DNA from: an uncultured Streptomyces sp.
Lineage (GTDB): Bacteria; Actinomycetota; Actinomycetes; Streptomycetales; Streptomycetaceae
Direction of reading: 5' to 3'
Assembly (NCBI GenBank): GCA_965653385.1
Contig: CBFGZZ010000002.1
Span: forward strand, 6,997-70,996
Length of the DNA stretch: 64,000 nt
The notes beneath the pieces were generated by a model. The model did no database searches. It worked only from the letters and a program-made list of their open reading frames with translations, and was not told the origin of the DNA. Each line of letters opens with the position of its first letter. Position 1 is the stretch's first letter. Both the position numbers and the translations under genes were made by a program. Below are positions 44,873 through 54,790 of this stretch, piece by piece.

Positions 44873-45808
44873 ATGGGGGCTGGGCACGATCACGGGCACG
44901 GGCACGGGCCGACCAGCGGTACGGCCGCTGCCGCCTACCGCGGGAGACTGCGGGTGGCGCTGGCGATCACGCTCGGCGTCATGGTGGTCCAGATCGTCGG
45001 CGGTGTGGCCGCGGACTCGCTCGCCCTGGTCGCGGACGCCGCGCACATGGCGACGGACGCGGTCGGTCTGGGCATGGCCCTGCTCGCCATCCACTTCGCG
45101 AACCTCCCGCCGAGCACGACCCGCACCTTCGGCTACGCCCGCGCCGAGATCCTCGCCGCCCTCGCCAACTGCCTGCTCCTGCTCGGCGTCGGCGGCTATG
45201 TCCTGTACGAGGCGATCCAGCGGTTCTTCACGCCCGCCGACACCGAGGGCGGCCTGATGATCGTGTTCGGTGCGATCGGTCTGGTCGCGAACATGATCTC
45301 GCTGACGCTGCTGATGCGCGGCCAGAAGGAGAGCCTGAACGTGCGCGGGGCGTTCCTGGAGGTGGCCGCGGACACGCTGGGCTCGCTCACGGTGCTGGTC
45401 TCGGCGGCGGTGATCCTGGCCACCAGCTGGCAGGCCGCCGACCCGATCGCCTCGCTGGTGATCGGCGTGATGATCGTGCCGCGCACCCTCAAGCTGCTGC
45501 GCGAGACCCTCGACGTACTGCTGGAGTCGGCCCCCAAGGACGTCGACATGAACGAGGTGCGGGCCCACATACTCGCCCTGGACGGCGTCGAGGACGTCCA
45601 CGATCTGCACGCCTGGACGATCACCTCCGGCATGCCCGTGCTGTCCGCCCATGTGGTGGTGCGCTCCGACGTCCTGAACGCGATCGGCCACGAGAAGATG
45701 CTGCACGAGCTCCAGGGGTGCCTCGGTGACCACTTCGACGTGGAGCACTGCACCTTCCAGCTGGAGCCGGTCGGACACGCGGAGCACGAGGCCCGGCTCT
45801 GCCACTGA
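44873..45808 (+). CDS. Cation diffusion facilitator family transporter (CzcD/ZitB-like)
   Basis: His-rich N-terminus MGAGHDHGHGHG, TM helices carrying HxxxD pairs (ADAAHMATDAV), and a C-terminal cytoplasmic domain. Confidence 0.9.
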   Translation: MGAGHDHGHGHGPTSGTAAAAYRGRLRVALAITLGVMVVQIVGGVAADSLALVADAAHMATDAVGLGMALLAIHFANLPPSTTRTFGYARAEILAALANCLLLLGVGGYVLYEAIQRFFTPADTEGGLMIVFGAIGLVANMISLTLLMRGQKESLNVRGAFLEVAADTLGSLTVLVSAAVILATSWQAADPIASLVIGVMIVPRTLKLLRETLDVLLESAPKDVDMNEVRAHILALDGVEDVHDLHAWTITSGMPVLSAHVVVRSDVLNAIGHEKMLHELQGCLGDHFDVEHCTFQLEPVGHAEHEARLCH

Positions 45809-45995
45809 AACAACCGTACGGTCCGACAAGACGTCAGTACGGACGGAATGCAGCGATCCGGTGGTCGGTCGCGTCCTCATGCCCACAGCGCCGCTTCGAG
45901 CGGTTCCGTACCCGCCGCGCCGGGCACGATCAACTGCCGGGAGTGTCGGATTCGTACGGCACACTTGGGGCGCAAGACCGAGGCGAAGGATGGGT

Positions 45996-46589
45996 ATGCC
46001 GATCACACCTGCCACCACGACGCACCGTGCGTCGAACGGCACCGCGGACGCGATTTTGCTGGAACTGGTCGACGAGAACGGTGTGACGATCGGCACCGCG
46101 GAGAAGCTCGCCGCCCATCAGCCTCCCGGTCAGCTGCACCGCGCCTTCTCCGTGTTCCTCTTCGACGAGCACGGCCGGCTGCTCCTCCAGCAGCGGGCGC
46201 TGGGCAAGTACCACTCCCCCGGCGTCTGGTCCAACACCTGCTGCGGCCACCCCTACCCCGGTGAGGCGCCCTTCGCGGCCGCGGCCCGCCGGACGTACGA
46301 GGAGCTCGGCGTCTCCCCGTCCCTGCTCGCCGAGGCGGGCACGGTCCGCTACAACCACCCGGACCCGGACTCGGGCCTGGTGGAGCAGGAGTACAACCAC
46401 CTCTTCGTCGGCCTGGTGCAGTCGCCGCTGCGGCCGGACCCCGAGGAGGTCGGCGACACGGCCTTCGTGACGCCCGCCGAGCTGGCGGAGCGCCACGCGA
46501 AGGACACCTTCTCGTCCTGGTTCATGACCGTCCTCGACGCGGCCCGCCCCGCGGTCAGGGAGCTGACGGGCCCGTCGGCCGGCTGGTGA
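45996..46589 (+). CDS. idi: Isopentenyl-diphosphate delta-isomerase (type 1, Nudix)
   Basis: Contains HRAFSVFLFD..LLLQQRA..K..PGVWSNTCCGHP and EYNH. I chose the ATG at 45996 (GAAGGA 5 nt upstream) over the ATG at 45990 and the track start at 45726. Confidence 0.9.
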   Translation: MPITPATTTHRASNGTADAILLELVDENGVTIGTAEKLAAHQPPGQLHRAFSVFLFDEHGRLLLQQRALGKYHSPGVWSNTCCGHPYPGEAPFAAAARRTYEELGVSPSLLAEAGTVRYNHPDPDSGLVEQEYNHLFVGLVQSPLRPDPEEVGDTAFVTPAELAERHAKDTFSSWFMTVLDAARPAVRELTGPSAGW

Positions 46590-46640
46590 CGAGGACCGCG
46601 GGGGCCTGGGGGGTGTTTCGAAAGTCCCGCACAGCACCCC

Positions 46641-47186
46641 CTAGGGCACACGCACGGGTTTGAGCGGGACGGCGGCCCAGATCACCTTGCCGCCGCTCGC
46701 CGTGTGCTCGACGTCGCACACGCCGCCCGCCTCCCGCGTGACCTCGCGGACCAGGAGCAGCCCGCGGCCGCCGGTCCGGCCGTGGTCGGCCTCCAGGGCG
46801 GTCGGACGGTAGGGGTGGTTGTCCTCCACCGAGACCCGTAGCCACTCGGCGCCGACAGCGACCTCCACGGCGAGCGTCGGCGACAGCAGCGCCGCGTGCC
46901 GGACGGCGTTCGTGACCAGTTCCGACACGATCAGCAGCACTCCCTGCACCAGATCGTCCGGTACCGGCACTCCCTGGCGGTACAGCAGGTCCCGCACGGC
47001 GTGCCGGGCCTGCGGGACCGAGGCGTCGACGGCTGGGGCGGTGAACCGCCAGACGCCCTCGTACGGCAGTGGATGCGGCGGCCGCTGGACGAGCGACTCG
47101 TCCGCGCCACCTCCTGGGCGTGGGCCGGACCCGCGCCCGTGGTTCTCCATCGTCCGGTCGCCACCCTCGCGCTCGATTGTCACCAC
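46641..47186 (-). CDS. ATP-binding protein (RsbW/SpoIIAB-like anti-sigma-factor kinase fold, HATPase_c_2)
   Basis: Contains LLIVSELVTNAVRHA and GGRGLLLV motifs. The start is either GTG at 47186 (chosen) or ATG at 47150. Confidence 0.7.
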   Translation of the reverse strand: MVTIEREGGDRTMENHGRGSGPRPGGGADESLVQRPPHPLPYEGVWRFTAPAVDASVPQARHAVRDLLYRQGVPVPDDLVQGVLLIVSELVTNAVRHAALLSPTLAVEVAVGAEWLRVSVEDNHPYRPTALEADHGRTGGRGLLLVREVTREAGGVCDVEHTASGGKVIWAAVPLKPVRVP

Positions 47187-47324
47187 ACGTAGAGTGTTGG
47201 TAACGCGCAGGTCCAGACCGAAGAACTGAACACAAGTCAGCGGGTATCGAGCGTTTCTGACCGTTGGCGTATGACCCGGTCAGTTGTGGGACCGCTCCGG
47301 CGCCGCTTGTGCCGACTTCACGAA

Positions 47325-47960
47325 CTATTCGGGTTGTACGGGTTTGCCGCCACCGCCGTCCGGCCCGTCCCGACCGTCACTCTCGGTGATCAGCTGCTCG
47401 GAGACCATGCTGACGACCCGGCGTCCACCGTAGCCGGTCGCGATCAGGCCGAGTCCGTCGAAGAGGAGGACGAGGGAGAACAGCGTCCCGATGATGTACC
47501 GGCTGCTGGGCCAGGCACTCAGTACCAGGATGCCGAGGGACAGGTCGAAGGCGCCCTGCAACAGGGTCCAGCCCATCTGCGGACCGCGCACCACGAGGCT
47601 GCCGACCAGCCGGAACAGCCCGCCCGTGAGGAACAACAGGGCGGCGAACATGGCCAGCGCCTCGGCCGCCGCCTCCGGCCTGCGGATCACGACCGCGCCG
47701 GCCGCGATGTTCAGTGCCGCGACCACCACGCCCAGCCAGAAGAAGTTGGTGCCGCGCGCCTGGACCGCGTGCCCCAGACCGACGACCCCGCCGATCAGCA
47801 GCAGCCAGCCGAACAGCAGCATCGAGGTCAGCGTGGCGAACGCGGTGTAGAGCAGCCCGACCAGTCCGCCGACGACCAGCAGTACGCCGAGGACGCCGAG
47901 CCAGCTGAAGCCGCGCCGGAGCTTCGCCGCCTCGCCCGTGGGTTGGGTGGACCTCGTCAT
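47325..47960 (-). CDS. HdeD/DUF308 family membrane protein
   Basis: Repeated Gly-rich TM hairpins (WLGVLGVLLVVGGLVGL...). The ATG at 47960 has GGGAGG 5 nt upstream. Confidence 0.7.
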   Translation of the reverse strand: MTRSTQPTGEAAKLRRGFSWLGVLGVLLVVGGLVGLLYTAFATLTSMLLFGWLLLIGGVVGLGHAVQARGTNFFWLGVVVAALNIAAGAVVIRRPEAAAEALAMFAALLFLTGGLFRLVGSLVVRGPQMGWTLLQGAFDLSLGILVLSAWPSSRYIIGTLFSLVLLFDGLGLIATGYGGRRVVSMVSEQLITESDGRDGPDGGGGKPVQPE

Positions 47961-48073
47961 GAACGCCTCCCGGATCGGTCTGCTCCCGTGTACCCAGTTC
48001 CGCCCCTGGCTCGTCAACGATCACAGAGCCCTTCCTGACCGGCCGTTCGAGGTCGCCGGATAGCATCCGGCCC

Positions 48074-48829
48074 ATGGAGCCCCAGCTGTTGCACAGCGTC
48101 ACCGATTCGGTCGCCACCGTCGTGATCCACCATCCGGCCAAGCGCAACGCGATGACGGCCGCGATGTGGCGGGCGCTGCCGCCGCTGCTCGGCACGCTGG
48201 CCGCCGATCCGGCCGTACGGGCGCTGGTGCTGACCGGCGAGGGCGGGACGTTCTGCGCGGGCGCCGACATCTCCACGCTCCAGGGGTCGCCCCAGGAGGC
48301 GCAGGGGCTGGCCGTGGCGGCCGAGGAGGCGCTGGCCGCCTTCCCGAAGCCCACGCTGGCGGCGATCCGGGGGCACTGTGTGGGTGGCGGGTCCCAGCTG
48401 GCGGCGGCGTGCGATCTGCGGTTCGCCGAGGAGGGGGCGCGGTTCGGGGTGACGCCGGCCAAGCTCGGGATCGTCTATCCGGCCTCCTCCACCCGGCGGT
48501 TGGCGTCGCTGGTGGGGCCGTCCGCCACCAAGTACCTCCTCTTCTCGGGTGAGTTGATCGACGCGGGGCGCGCGTCGCGCACGGGCCTGGTGAACGAGGT
48601 GCTGCCCGAGGGCGAACTCGGCAAGCGCGTGGCGGAGTTCACCCGGATCCTGGTGTCGCGTTCCCAGCTGACGCAGGCCGCAGCGAAGGAGTTCGCGGAC
48701 GGTCGCACCGACCGCGACGAGCACTGGGCGCAGCAGGCACGCGGAAGCGGCGACACCGCGGAGGGCGTCGCCGCGTTCCTGGAGCGCAGGCAGCCGCACT
48801 TCACCTGGAACGTTCCTACGTCAGGCTGA
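48074..48829 (+). CDS. Enoyl-CoA hydratase/isomerase family protein
   Basis: Crotonase pattern NAMT..M...L, FCAGADIS, and G.CVGGG..LA.ACDLRFA. Confidence 0.85.
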   Translation: MEPQLLHSVTDSVATVVIHHPAKRNAMTAAMWRALPPLLGTLAADPAVRALVLTGEGGTFCAGADISTLQGSPQEAQGLAVAAEEALAAFPKPTLAAIRGHCVGGGSQLAAACDLRFAEEGARFGVTPAKLGIVYPASSTRRLASLVGPSATKYLLFSGELIDAGRASRTGLVNEVLPEGELGKRVAEFTRILVSRSQLTQAAAKEFADGRTDRDEHWAQQARGSGDTAEGVAAFLERRQPHFTWNVPTSG

Positions 48830-49451
48830 AGCGGCTGTTGGTGCGGAACTCCTCGACGAGGTGCGCGGGCGCCTTCTGCGGGGAGCCGGCGTCGTAGGGC
48901 GGCTGAGGGTCGTACTCGGTCAACAGCTGGACGGCCTGGGCGTGTTCGTCACCGGCGATCTTCCCGACCAGGGTCAGTCCCATGTCGATGCCGGAGGAGA
49001 CTCCGGCCGCGGTGATGTACTTGCCGTCCGGCACGACCCGCTCGCCCGTGGGCTCGGCGCCGTACTGCGGCAGGAAGTCGAGGGTGAGCCAGTGCGAGGT
49101 GGCACGGCGCCCCTCCAGGAGCCCTGCGGCCCCGAGGAGCAGCGAGCCGCTGCACACGGAGGTCGTCCAGGTGCTGGTGGCGTCGGCGGTCCTGAGCCAC
49201 TCCAGGAGGGCCTCGTTCTCGACCTCGGCGAAGGTTCCCGGCCCGCCCGGCACCACGATCACATCGGGGTGCGGCACGTCGGCGAGCGCCTTGTCGGCCG
49301 TGAGGGCGAGGAATCCCGTGTCGGCGCGCACGGGCCCCGCCGTCCCGGCGACGAAGTCGACCCGGACGTCCGGGAGGCAGCTCAACGCCTCGTAGGGGCC
49401 CACGATGTCGAGGGCGGTGAAGCGGTCGTAGAGAACCATGGCGATCTGCAC
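48816..49451 (-). CDS. DJ-1/PfpI family protein
   Basis: Nucleophile-elbow SVCSGSLLLGAAGLL. I chose the GTG at 49451, which has AGGAAG 4 nt upstream. Confidence 0.8.
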   Translation of the reverse strand: MQIAMVLYDRFTALDIVGPYEALSCLPDVRVDFVAGTAGPVRADTGFLALTADKALADVPHPDVIVVPGGPGTFAEVENEALLEWLRTADATSTWTTSVCSGSLLLGAAGLLEGRRATSHWLTLDFLPQYGAEPTGERVVPDGKYITAAGVSSGIDMGLTLVGKIAGDEHAQAVQLLTEYDPQPPYDAGSPQKAPAHLVEEFRTNSRFSLT

Positions 49452-49473
49452 GGTGCTTCCTTTCGGCAGGGTC

Positions 49474-50433
49474 TCAGTGGGCGGGTGCGGGGTGGAACCG
49501 GCGGCGGTACTCGGCGGGGGCCGCCCCGAGGGCCTTGACGAAGGCGCGCCGCATCGCCTCCGGGGTGCCGTAGCCGCTGGCCCGGGAGATCTCCTCGACG
49601 CCGTCCGTGGTGTCCTCCAGCAGGCGGCGGGCATGTTCGAGACGGACCCGGTCCACGTACCGGCCGGGCGTCATGCCGGTCTCGGCCTGGAAGGCGCGGG
49701 CGAAGTGACGCGGGGAGAGGCTGGCGCGGGCCGCGAGCGCCTCGACGCTCAGATCGGTGTCGGGGTGCTCGGTGATCCAGCGCTGGACGTCGCGCAGGGG
49801 TTCGCGCCGGGCGGTCTGGGCGGCCAACTGGGCGCTGAACTGGGCCTGGTTACCGGGGCGGCGCAGGAACACCACCAGGTGTCGTGCGATGCCGAGGGCC
49901 ACATCCCGGCCCAGGTCCTCCTCGACCAGGGCGAGCGCCAGGTCGATGCCGGAGGTGACGCCGGCGGAGGTGGCCACATGCCCGTCACGCACGAAGATGG
50001 GGTCCGGGTCGACCTGCACCCCGGGGTGGTCCCGGGCGAGCTTGTCGCAGTACGCCCAGTGGGTCGTGGCACGGCGACCGTCCAGCAGACCCGCCCCCGC
50101 GAGCAGGATCGCGCCGGTGCAGACGGAGACCAGACGCTCGGCACGAGGGCCGTGCGCACGCAGCCAGTCGACCAGCTCGGGCCGAGGCCCGCGCGTGCCT
50201 TCGCCGCCCGGTACGAGGAGCGTGTGCGGGTCGGACACGTCGGCGAGGGATTCGTCCGGTACGACGGTCAGGCCGCTGGACGCGCGGACGGGGCCGCCGT
50301 CCAAGGAGGCCGTGCGGATGCGGTAGGTGCCCGGCCGGTGCTTCTCGGCCCCCGCGAAGACCTCCAGGGGGCCGGTGAGGTCGAGGCTCTGTACACCGTC
50401 GAAGAGAACGAAGAGAACGGTTCGCTGCGCCAT
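49474..50433 (-). CDS. GlxA-family (DJ-1/PfpI domain + AraC HTH) transcriptional regulator
   Basis: Contains SVCTGAILLAGAGLLDGRRATTHW plus a C-terminal AraC HTH (LSPRHFARAFQAETGMTPGRYV). The track ORF runs to 51480 but was trimmed to the ATG at 50433. 319 aa. Confidence 0.85.
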   Translation of the reverse strand: MAQRTVLFVLFDGVQSLDLTGPLEVFAGAEKHRPGTYRIRTASLDGGPVRASSGLTVVPDESLADVSDPHTLLVPGGEGTRGPRPELVDWLRAHGPRAERLVSVCTGAILLAGAGLLDGRRATTHWAYCDKLARDHPGVQVDPDPIFVRDGHVATSAGVTSGIDLALALVEEDLGRDVALGIARHLVVFLRRPGNQAQFSAQLAAQTARREPLRDVQRWITEHPDTDLSVEALAARASLSPRHFARAFQAETGMTPGRYVDRVRLEHARRLLEDTTDGVEEISRASGYGTPEAMRRAFVKALGAAPAEYRRRFHPAPAH

Positions 50434-50547
50434 GCCATCGATTCTTCGGGGCCGACGCCATGACCACAATGACGGGCTCCCCACCTTTCCTGCCATGAGC
50501 GCGCACGGACCCGGGGAACGTACCAAGCGGTTGGTAACCTCCCGCTC

Positions 50548-51417
50548 ATGACTACTGCCGCCCTGGAGCCGCGAGCCGGCCGCCGCTGCCACAACATGCT
50601 CAACTCCCTGCACTCGACGTCCTACTTCGCCCCCGAGCTGGGCAAGGAGCTGGGCGCCCTCGGGATCACGCACCCCAGGGCCGTCAACTTCGCGGTGCGG
50701 GCGGCCGCGCTGGGGCCGGTGGGGGCGGGGGCGGTGACGGCGGCGTTCTACAACTACAAGCACGACCTGGTGGCCCGGCATGTCCCCGCGGTCTGGGCGA
50801 TCGCCTCGCCCGAGGACGTCCTGGCGGCACGCGCGCGTGCGGTCGACGCCGCGCTGCGGCGGCTGCTGGGCGAGGACGCCGTGACGTCCCCGGAGATGAC
50901 GGAGGCCGCCGGGCTCGCACTGCGCGCGGCCGAGGCGTGTTCCCGCAGCGCGCGGCCGCTGTACTCCGCCCATGCGGATCTGCCGGTGCCCGAGGAGGCG
51001 CACCTGGCGTATTTCCACGCCACGACGCTGCTGCGCGAGCACCGGGGTGACGGGCATCTCGCCGTACTGATGTCGGCCGGGCTCGACGGGCTGGAGGCGG
51101 TCGTCACCCACACGGCGACCGGCAAGGGCATGACGCCGAAGTGGGTGTTCACCACGCGTGGCTGGGCCCAGGAGGACTGGGACGCGGCGTCCGACCGGCT
51201 GCGTGTGCGTGGCCTCCTGGACGAGGCGGGCGAGCTGACGTCGGAGGGGGTCGCGCTGCGGGAGCGGATCGAATCCGAGACGGACCGGCTCGACCGGGCG
51301 CCGTACGAGCACCTCGGGGCGGAGGGGGTCGGGCGGCTGACGGAACTCGGCGCCGGGTTCGCACGAGCGGCGGTGGCAGCGGGCGCCTTCCCCTCGGACC
51401 TCCTGGGCAGGGCCTGA
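50548..51417 (+). CDS. Conserved actinobacterial hypothetical protein (possibly the family RefSeq names SCO6745 family; recollection only)
   Basis: 289-aa ORF with coding-type codon bias. No catalytic motif recognised. Confidence 0.4.
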   Translation: MTTAALEPRAGRRCHNMLNSLHSTSYFAPELGKELGALGITHPRAVNFAVRAAALGPVGAGAVTAAFYNYKHDLVARHVPAVWAIASPEDVLAARARAVDAALRRLLGEDAVTSPEMTEAAGLALRAAEACSRSARPLYSAHADLPVPEEAHLAYFHATTLLREHRGDGHLAVLMSAGLDGLEAVVTHTATGKGMTPKWVFTTRGWAQEDWDAASDRLRVRGLLDEAGELTSEGVALRERIESETDRLDRAPYEHLGAEGVGRLTELGAGFARAAVAAGAFPSDLLGRA

Positions 51418-51532
51418 ACGGCCTCGTCCGCAAACTTCCTCAGAGGGGCCCCAGACGGGCTGAGACGTCAGCGACCGCATAGCCCGCCCATGTCGCGGTA
51501 CCCGGTCCTCAACCTGAGGAAGGAGTAGTCAC

Positions 51533-51664
51533 GTGTTCCGTGCCATCGCAGACGTGCTCCGGCAGATAGGCGGGGCCATCGCCACCGTCGTGACGTTGCC
51601 GTTCCGGGCTCTGGCCCGGCTCTTCGGAGGTGCATCGAGCAGTACACGCAGTCGTAGGGCTTGA
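51533..51664 (+). CDS. 43-aa micro-protein with LPFR motif
   Basis: Sequence (GTG)[51 protein letters not shown] sits exactly 7 nt upstream of the start. It is missed by the ORF track because it is under 60 aa. I recall a RefSeq family named 'LPFR motif small protein', not verified. Confidence 0.55.
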   Translation: MFRAIADVLRQIGGAIATVVTLPFRALARLFGGASSSTRSRRA

Positions 51665-51767
51665 TTCCGACCCGCCGCGACGGGCCGCGTCGCCGCCCTG
51701 ATCCCCGGTTGTCGGTGCCACCTGCCACAATTGCCGCGCAACCTCAGTGAGAAGGCGGGACGGGATC

Positions 51768-54140
51768 GTGACGACACCCCTCGTAGGGTCCATCGAAGGC
51801 AGGATCGCCGCGGAGCTCGGCGTACGAGAGCGGCAGGTGAAGGCTGCCGTGGAGCTGCTCGACGGCGGTTCGACGGTGCCCTTCATCGCCCGCTACCGCA
51901 AGGAAGCGACCGAGATGCTCGACGACGCGCAGCTGCGCACGATCGAGGAGCGGCTGCGCTACCTGCGGGAGCTGGAGGAGCGGCGGACGGCGATCCTGGA
52001 GTCGGTGCGCGAGCAGGGCAAGCTCACCGACGAGCTGGAGGCCCAGATCCGCGGCGCCGAGACGAAGGCGCGGCTCGAGGACATCTATCTGCCGTACAAA
52101 CCCAAGCGCAGGACAAAGGCACAGATCGCCCGCGAGGCAGGACTGGAGCCGCTCGCCGAGGGTCTGCTCGGCGACCCGACCGTCGAGCCCCTCGCCGCCG
52201 CCGCGGCCTTCGTCGACGCCGACAAGGGCGTGGCCGACCCGCAGGCCGCACTGGACGGCGCCCGGGCGATCCTCACGGAGCGGTTCTCGGAGGACGCCGA
52301 CCTGATCGGCGAGCTGCGTGAGCGCATGTGGGTGCGCGGCCGGCTGGTCGCGAAGGTGCGGGAGGGCAAGGAGGAGGCGGGCGCGAAGTTCGCCGACTAC
52401 TTCGACTTCGCCGAGCCGTTCACCGAACTCCCCTCGCACCGCGTCCTGGCGATGCTCCGCGGCGAGAAGGAGGAGGTCCTCGACCTCGTCCTGGAGCCGG
52501 AGGAGCCGACGGAGGGACCTTCGTCGTACGAGGGGATCGTCGCCGGGAAGTTCGGGATCGCCGACCGCGGCCGTGCCGCAGACAAGTGGCTGAAGGACAC
52601 CGTCCGCTGGGCCTGGCGCACCCGCATCCTCGTCCACCTCGGCATCGACCTGCGCCTGCGCCTGCGCACGGCCGCCGAGGACGAGGCCGTGGGCGTGTTC
52701 GCGGCGAACCTACGCGATCTGCTGCTCGCCGCCCCGGCCGGCACACGCGCGACGCTGGGCCTGGACCCCGGCTTCCGTACGGGCGTCAAGGTCGCCGTGG
52801 TCGACGCGACCGGCAAGGTGGTGGCCACCGACGTCATCCACCCGCACGTCCCGGCCAACAGGTGGGACGAGGCCATCGCCAAGCTGGCCCGCCTGTCGAA
52901 GGAGCACGCGGTCGACCTGATCGCGATCGGCAACGGCACGGCGTCCCGTGAGACCGACAAGCTCGCCGGTGAACTCATCTCCAAGCACCCGGAGTTGAAG
53001 CTCACCAAGGTGATGGTGTCCGAGGCGGGCGCCTCCGTGTACTCGGCCTCGGCCTTCGCCTCGCAGGAACTGCCCGACATGGACGTGTCGCTGCGCGGCG
53101 CGGTGTCCATCGCGCGCCGCCTCCAGGACCCGCTGGCCGAGCTGGTGAAGATCGACCCGAAGTCGATCGGCGTCGGCCAGTACCAGCACGACCTGTCCGA
53201 GGTGAAGCTGTCGCGCTCGCTGGACGCGGTGGTCGAGGACTGTGTGAACGGCGTCGGTGTGGACGTCAACACCGCCTCAGCCCCCCTGCTCGCGCGGGTC
53301 TCCGGCATCACCTCCGGCCTCGCCGAGAACATCGTGTCCCACCGGGACGCCAACGGCCCGTTCACCTCCCGCTCGCAGCTGAAGAACGTGGCGCGGCTCG
53401 GCCCGAAGGCGTACGAGCAGTGCGCGGGCTTCCTGCGGATCCGCGGCGGCGACGACCCGTTGGACGCGTCCAGCGTGCACCCCGAGGCCTACCCCGTCGT
53501 CCGGCGCATGGTGAAGACGTCCGGTCAGGAGGTGGCCGCGCTCATCGGCAACACGGGCGTGCTGCGGTCGCTGAAGGCGAACGACTTCGTGGACGAGACG
53601 TTCGGTCTGCCGACCGTGACCGACATCCTCAAGGAGCTGGAGAAGCCCGGGCGCGACCCGCGTCCCGCCTTCAAGACGGCCACCTTCAAGGAGGGCGTCG
53701 AGAAGATCTCGGACCTGGTGTCCGGGATGGTCCTGGAGGGCGTTGTGACGAACGTGGCCGCCTTCGGGGCGTTCATCGACGTCGGTGTCCACCAGGACGG
53801 TCTGGCGCACGTCTCCGCGCTGTCCAAGACGTTCGTCAAGGATCCGCGGGACGTGGTCAAGCCCGGTGACATCGTCAAGGTGAAGGTCCTCGACGTCGAC
53901 ATTCCGCGCAAGCGGATCTCCCTCACGCTGCGGCTCGACGACGAGGCGTCGGCGCAGGGCCAGCAGGGCGGGGGCGGCGGCGAACGCCGACAGCGCGGCG
54001 GACGCCCGCCGCAGCAGCGCCAGGGGCGCGGCGGTGGCGGGGGCGGCGGCTCGCGTCAGGCGGCGCCTCCGGCGAACAGCGCCATGGCCGACGCGCTGCG
54101 CCGCGCGGGTCTGCTCGACCCCAAGAAGGGCAAGCGCTGA
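51768..54140 (+). CDS. tex: Tex family transcription accessory protein (YqgF/HHH/S1 domains)
   Basis: Contains [13 protein letters not shown], a RuvC-like [16 protein letters not shown], and a C-terminal S1 domain ([23 protein letters not shown]). The GTG at 51768 gives the typical N-terminus; the track start is 51747. Confidence 0.9.
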   Translation: MTTPLVGSIEGRIAAELGVRERQVKAAVELLDGGSTVPFIARYRKEATEMLDDAQLRTIEERLRYLRELEERRTAILESVREQGKLTDELEAQIRGAETKARLEDIYLPYKPKRRTKAQIAREAGLEPLAEGLLGDPTVEPLAAAAAFVDADKGVADPQAALDGARAILTERFSEDADLIGELRERMWVRGRLVAKVREGKEEAGAKFADYFDFAEPFTELPSHRVLAMLRGEKEEVLDLVLEPEEPTEGPSSYEGIVAGKFGIADRGRAADKWLKDTVRWAWRTRILVHLGIDLRLRLRTAAEDEAVGVFAANLRDLLLAAPAGTRATLGLDPGFRTGVKVAVVDATGKVVATDVIHPHVPANRWDEAIAKLARLSKEHAVDLIAIGNGTASRETDKLAGELISKHPELKLTKVMVSEAGASVYSASAFASQELPDMDVSLRGAVSIARRLQDPLAELVKIDPKSIGVGQYQHDLSEVKLSRSLDAVVEDCVNGVGVDVNTASAPLLARVSGITSGLAENIVSHRDANGPFTSRSQLKNVARLGPKAYEQCAGFLRIRGGDDPLDASSVHPEAYPVVRRMVKTSGQEVAALIGNTGVLRSLKANDFVDETFGLPTVTDILKELEKPGRDPRPAFKTATFKEGVEKISDLVSGMVLEGVVTNVAAFGAFIDVGVHQDGLAHVSALSKTFVKDPRDVVKPGDIVKVKVLDVDIPRKRISLTLRLDDEASAQGQQGGGGGERRQRGGRPPQQRQGRGGGGGGGSRQAAPPANSAMADALRRAGLLDPKKGKR

Positions 54141-54208
54141 GACGACACACGGGCCCGGGCTCTTTGCAACGACAGGGGTCCGGGCCGGTCGGCCCGTAGG
54201 GTGATGCC

Positions 54209-54766
54209 ATGCCGATGTCGCGCGTCATCACCTGGGAAGTGTCGGAGAGCGCGGGCATCGGGACCGCCTGGGTCGACTTCGACGACGACACCCTGCGCGC
54301 GCGTGGCCGAGCGGTCGGCACGGTTCCGGAGCCGTACTGGCTCTCGTACGAACTCGACACGACCGAGGCCTTCGTGACGCGTCGGCTTGAGGTCACCGTC
54401 GAGTCCGCGGGCGGCGTACGCACGCTCGACCTGCGGCACGACGGGACGGGCCGGTGGACGGCGGACGGTGAGCACCTGCCCGAGGTCGACGGCGCCCGCG
54501 ACTGCGACCTGGGCCTGTGTCCGCTCACCAACACGATGCCCGTGCTGCGGCACGGTCTCCATCTGGCGCCCGGGGAACGGGAGTTCCTGATGGCCTGGGT
54601 GTCGGTGCCCGAGCTGGCCGTCCTTCCCGCCCGGCAGACCTACACCCACCTCGGGCGGCGTCGCGTCCGCTTCGTCTCAGACGACTTCCGCCGCGACATC
54701 ACGTTCGACGAGGACGGCTTCGTCGTCGACTACCCGGGGCTGGCGACGCGGCTCGGCGACTCCTGA
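54209..54766 (+). CDS. Putative glycolipid-binding domain protein
   Basis: 185 aa. The block DCDLGLCPLTNTMPVLRHGL and overall beta-rich pattern fit the family annotated as putative glycolipid-binding; this is from memory. Confidence 0.55.
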   Translation: MPMSRVITWEVSESAGIGTAWVDFDDDTLRARGRAVGTVPEPYWLSYELDTTEAFVTRRLEVTVESAGGVRTLDLRHDGTGRWTADGEHLPEVDGARDCDLGLCPLTNTMPVLRHGLHLAPGEREFLMAWVSVPELAVLPARQTYTHLGRRRVRFVSDDFRRDITFDEDGFVVDYPGLATRLGDS

Positions 54767-54790
54767 AGGGGTGACACCGACGCACTCGCC

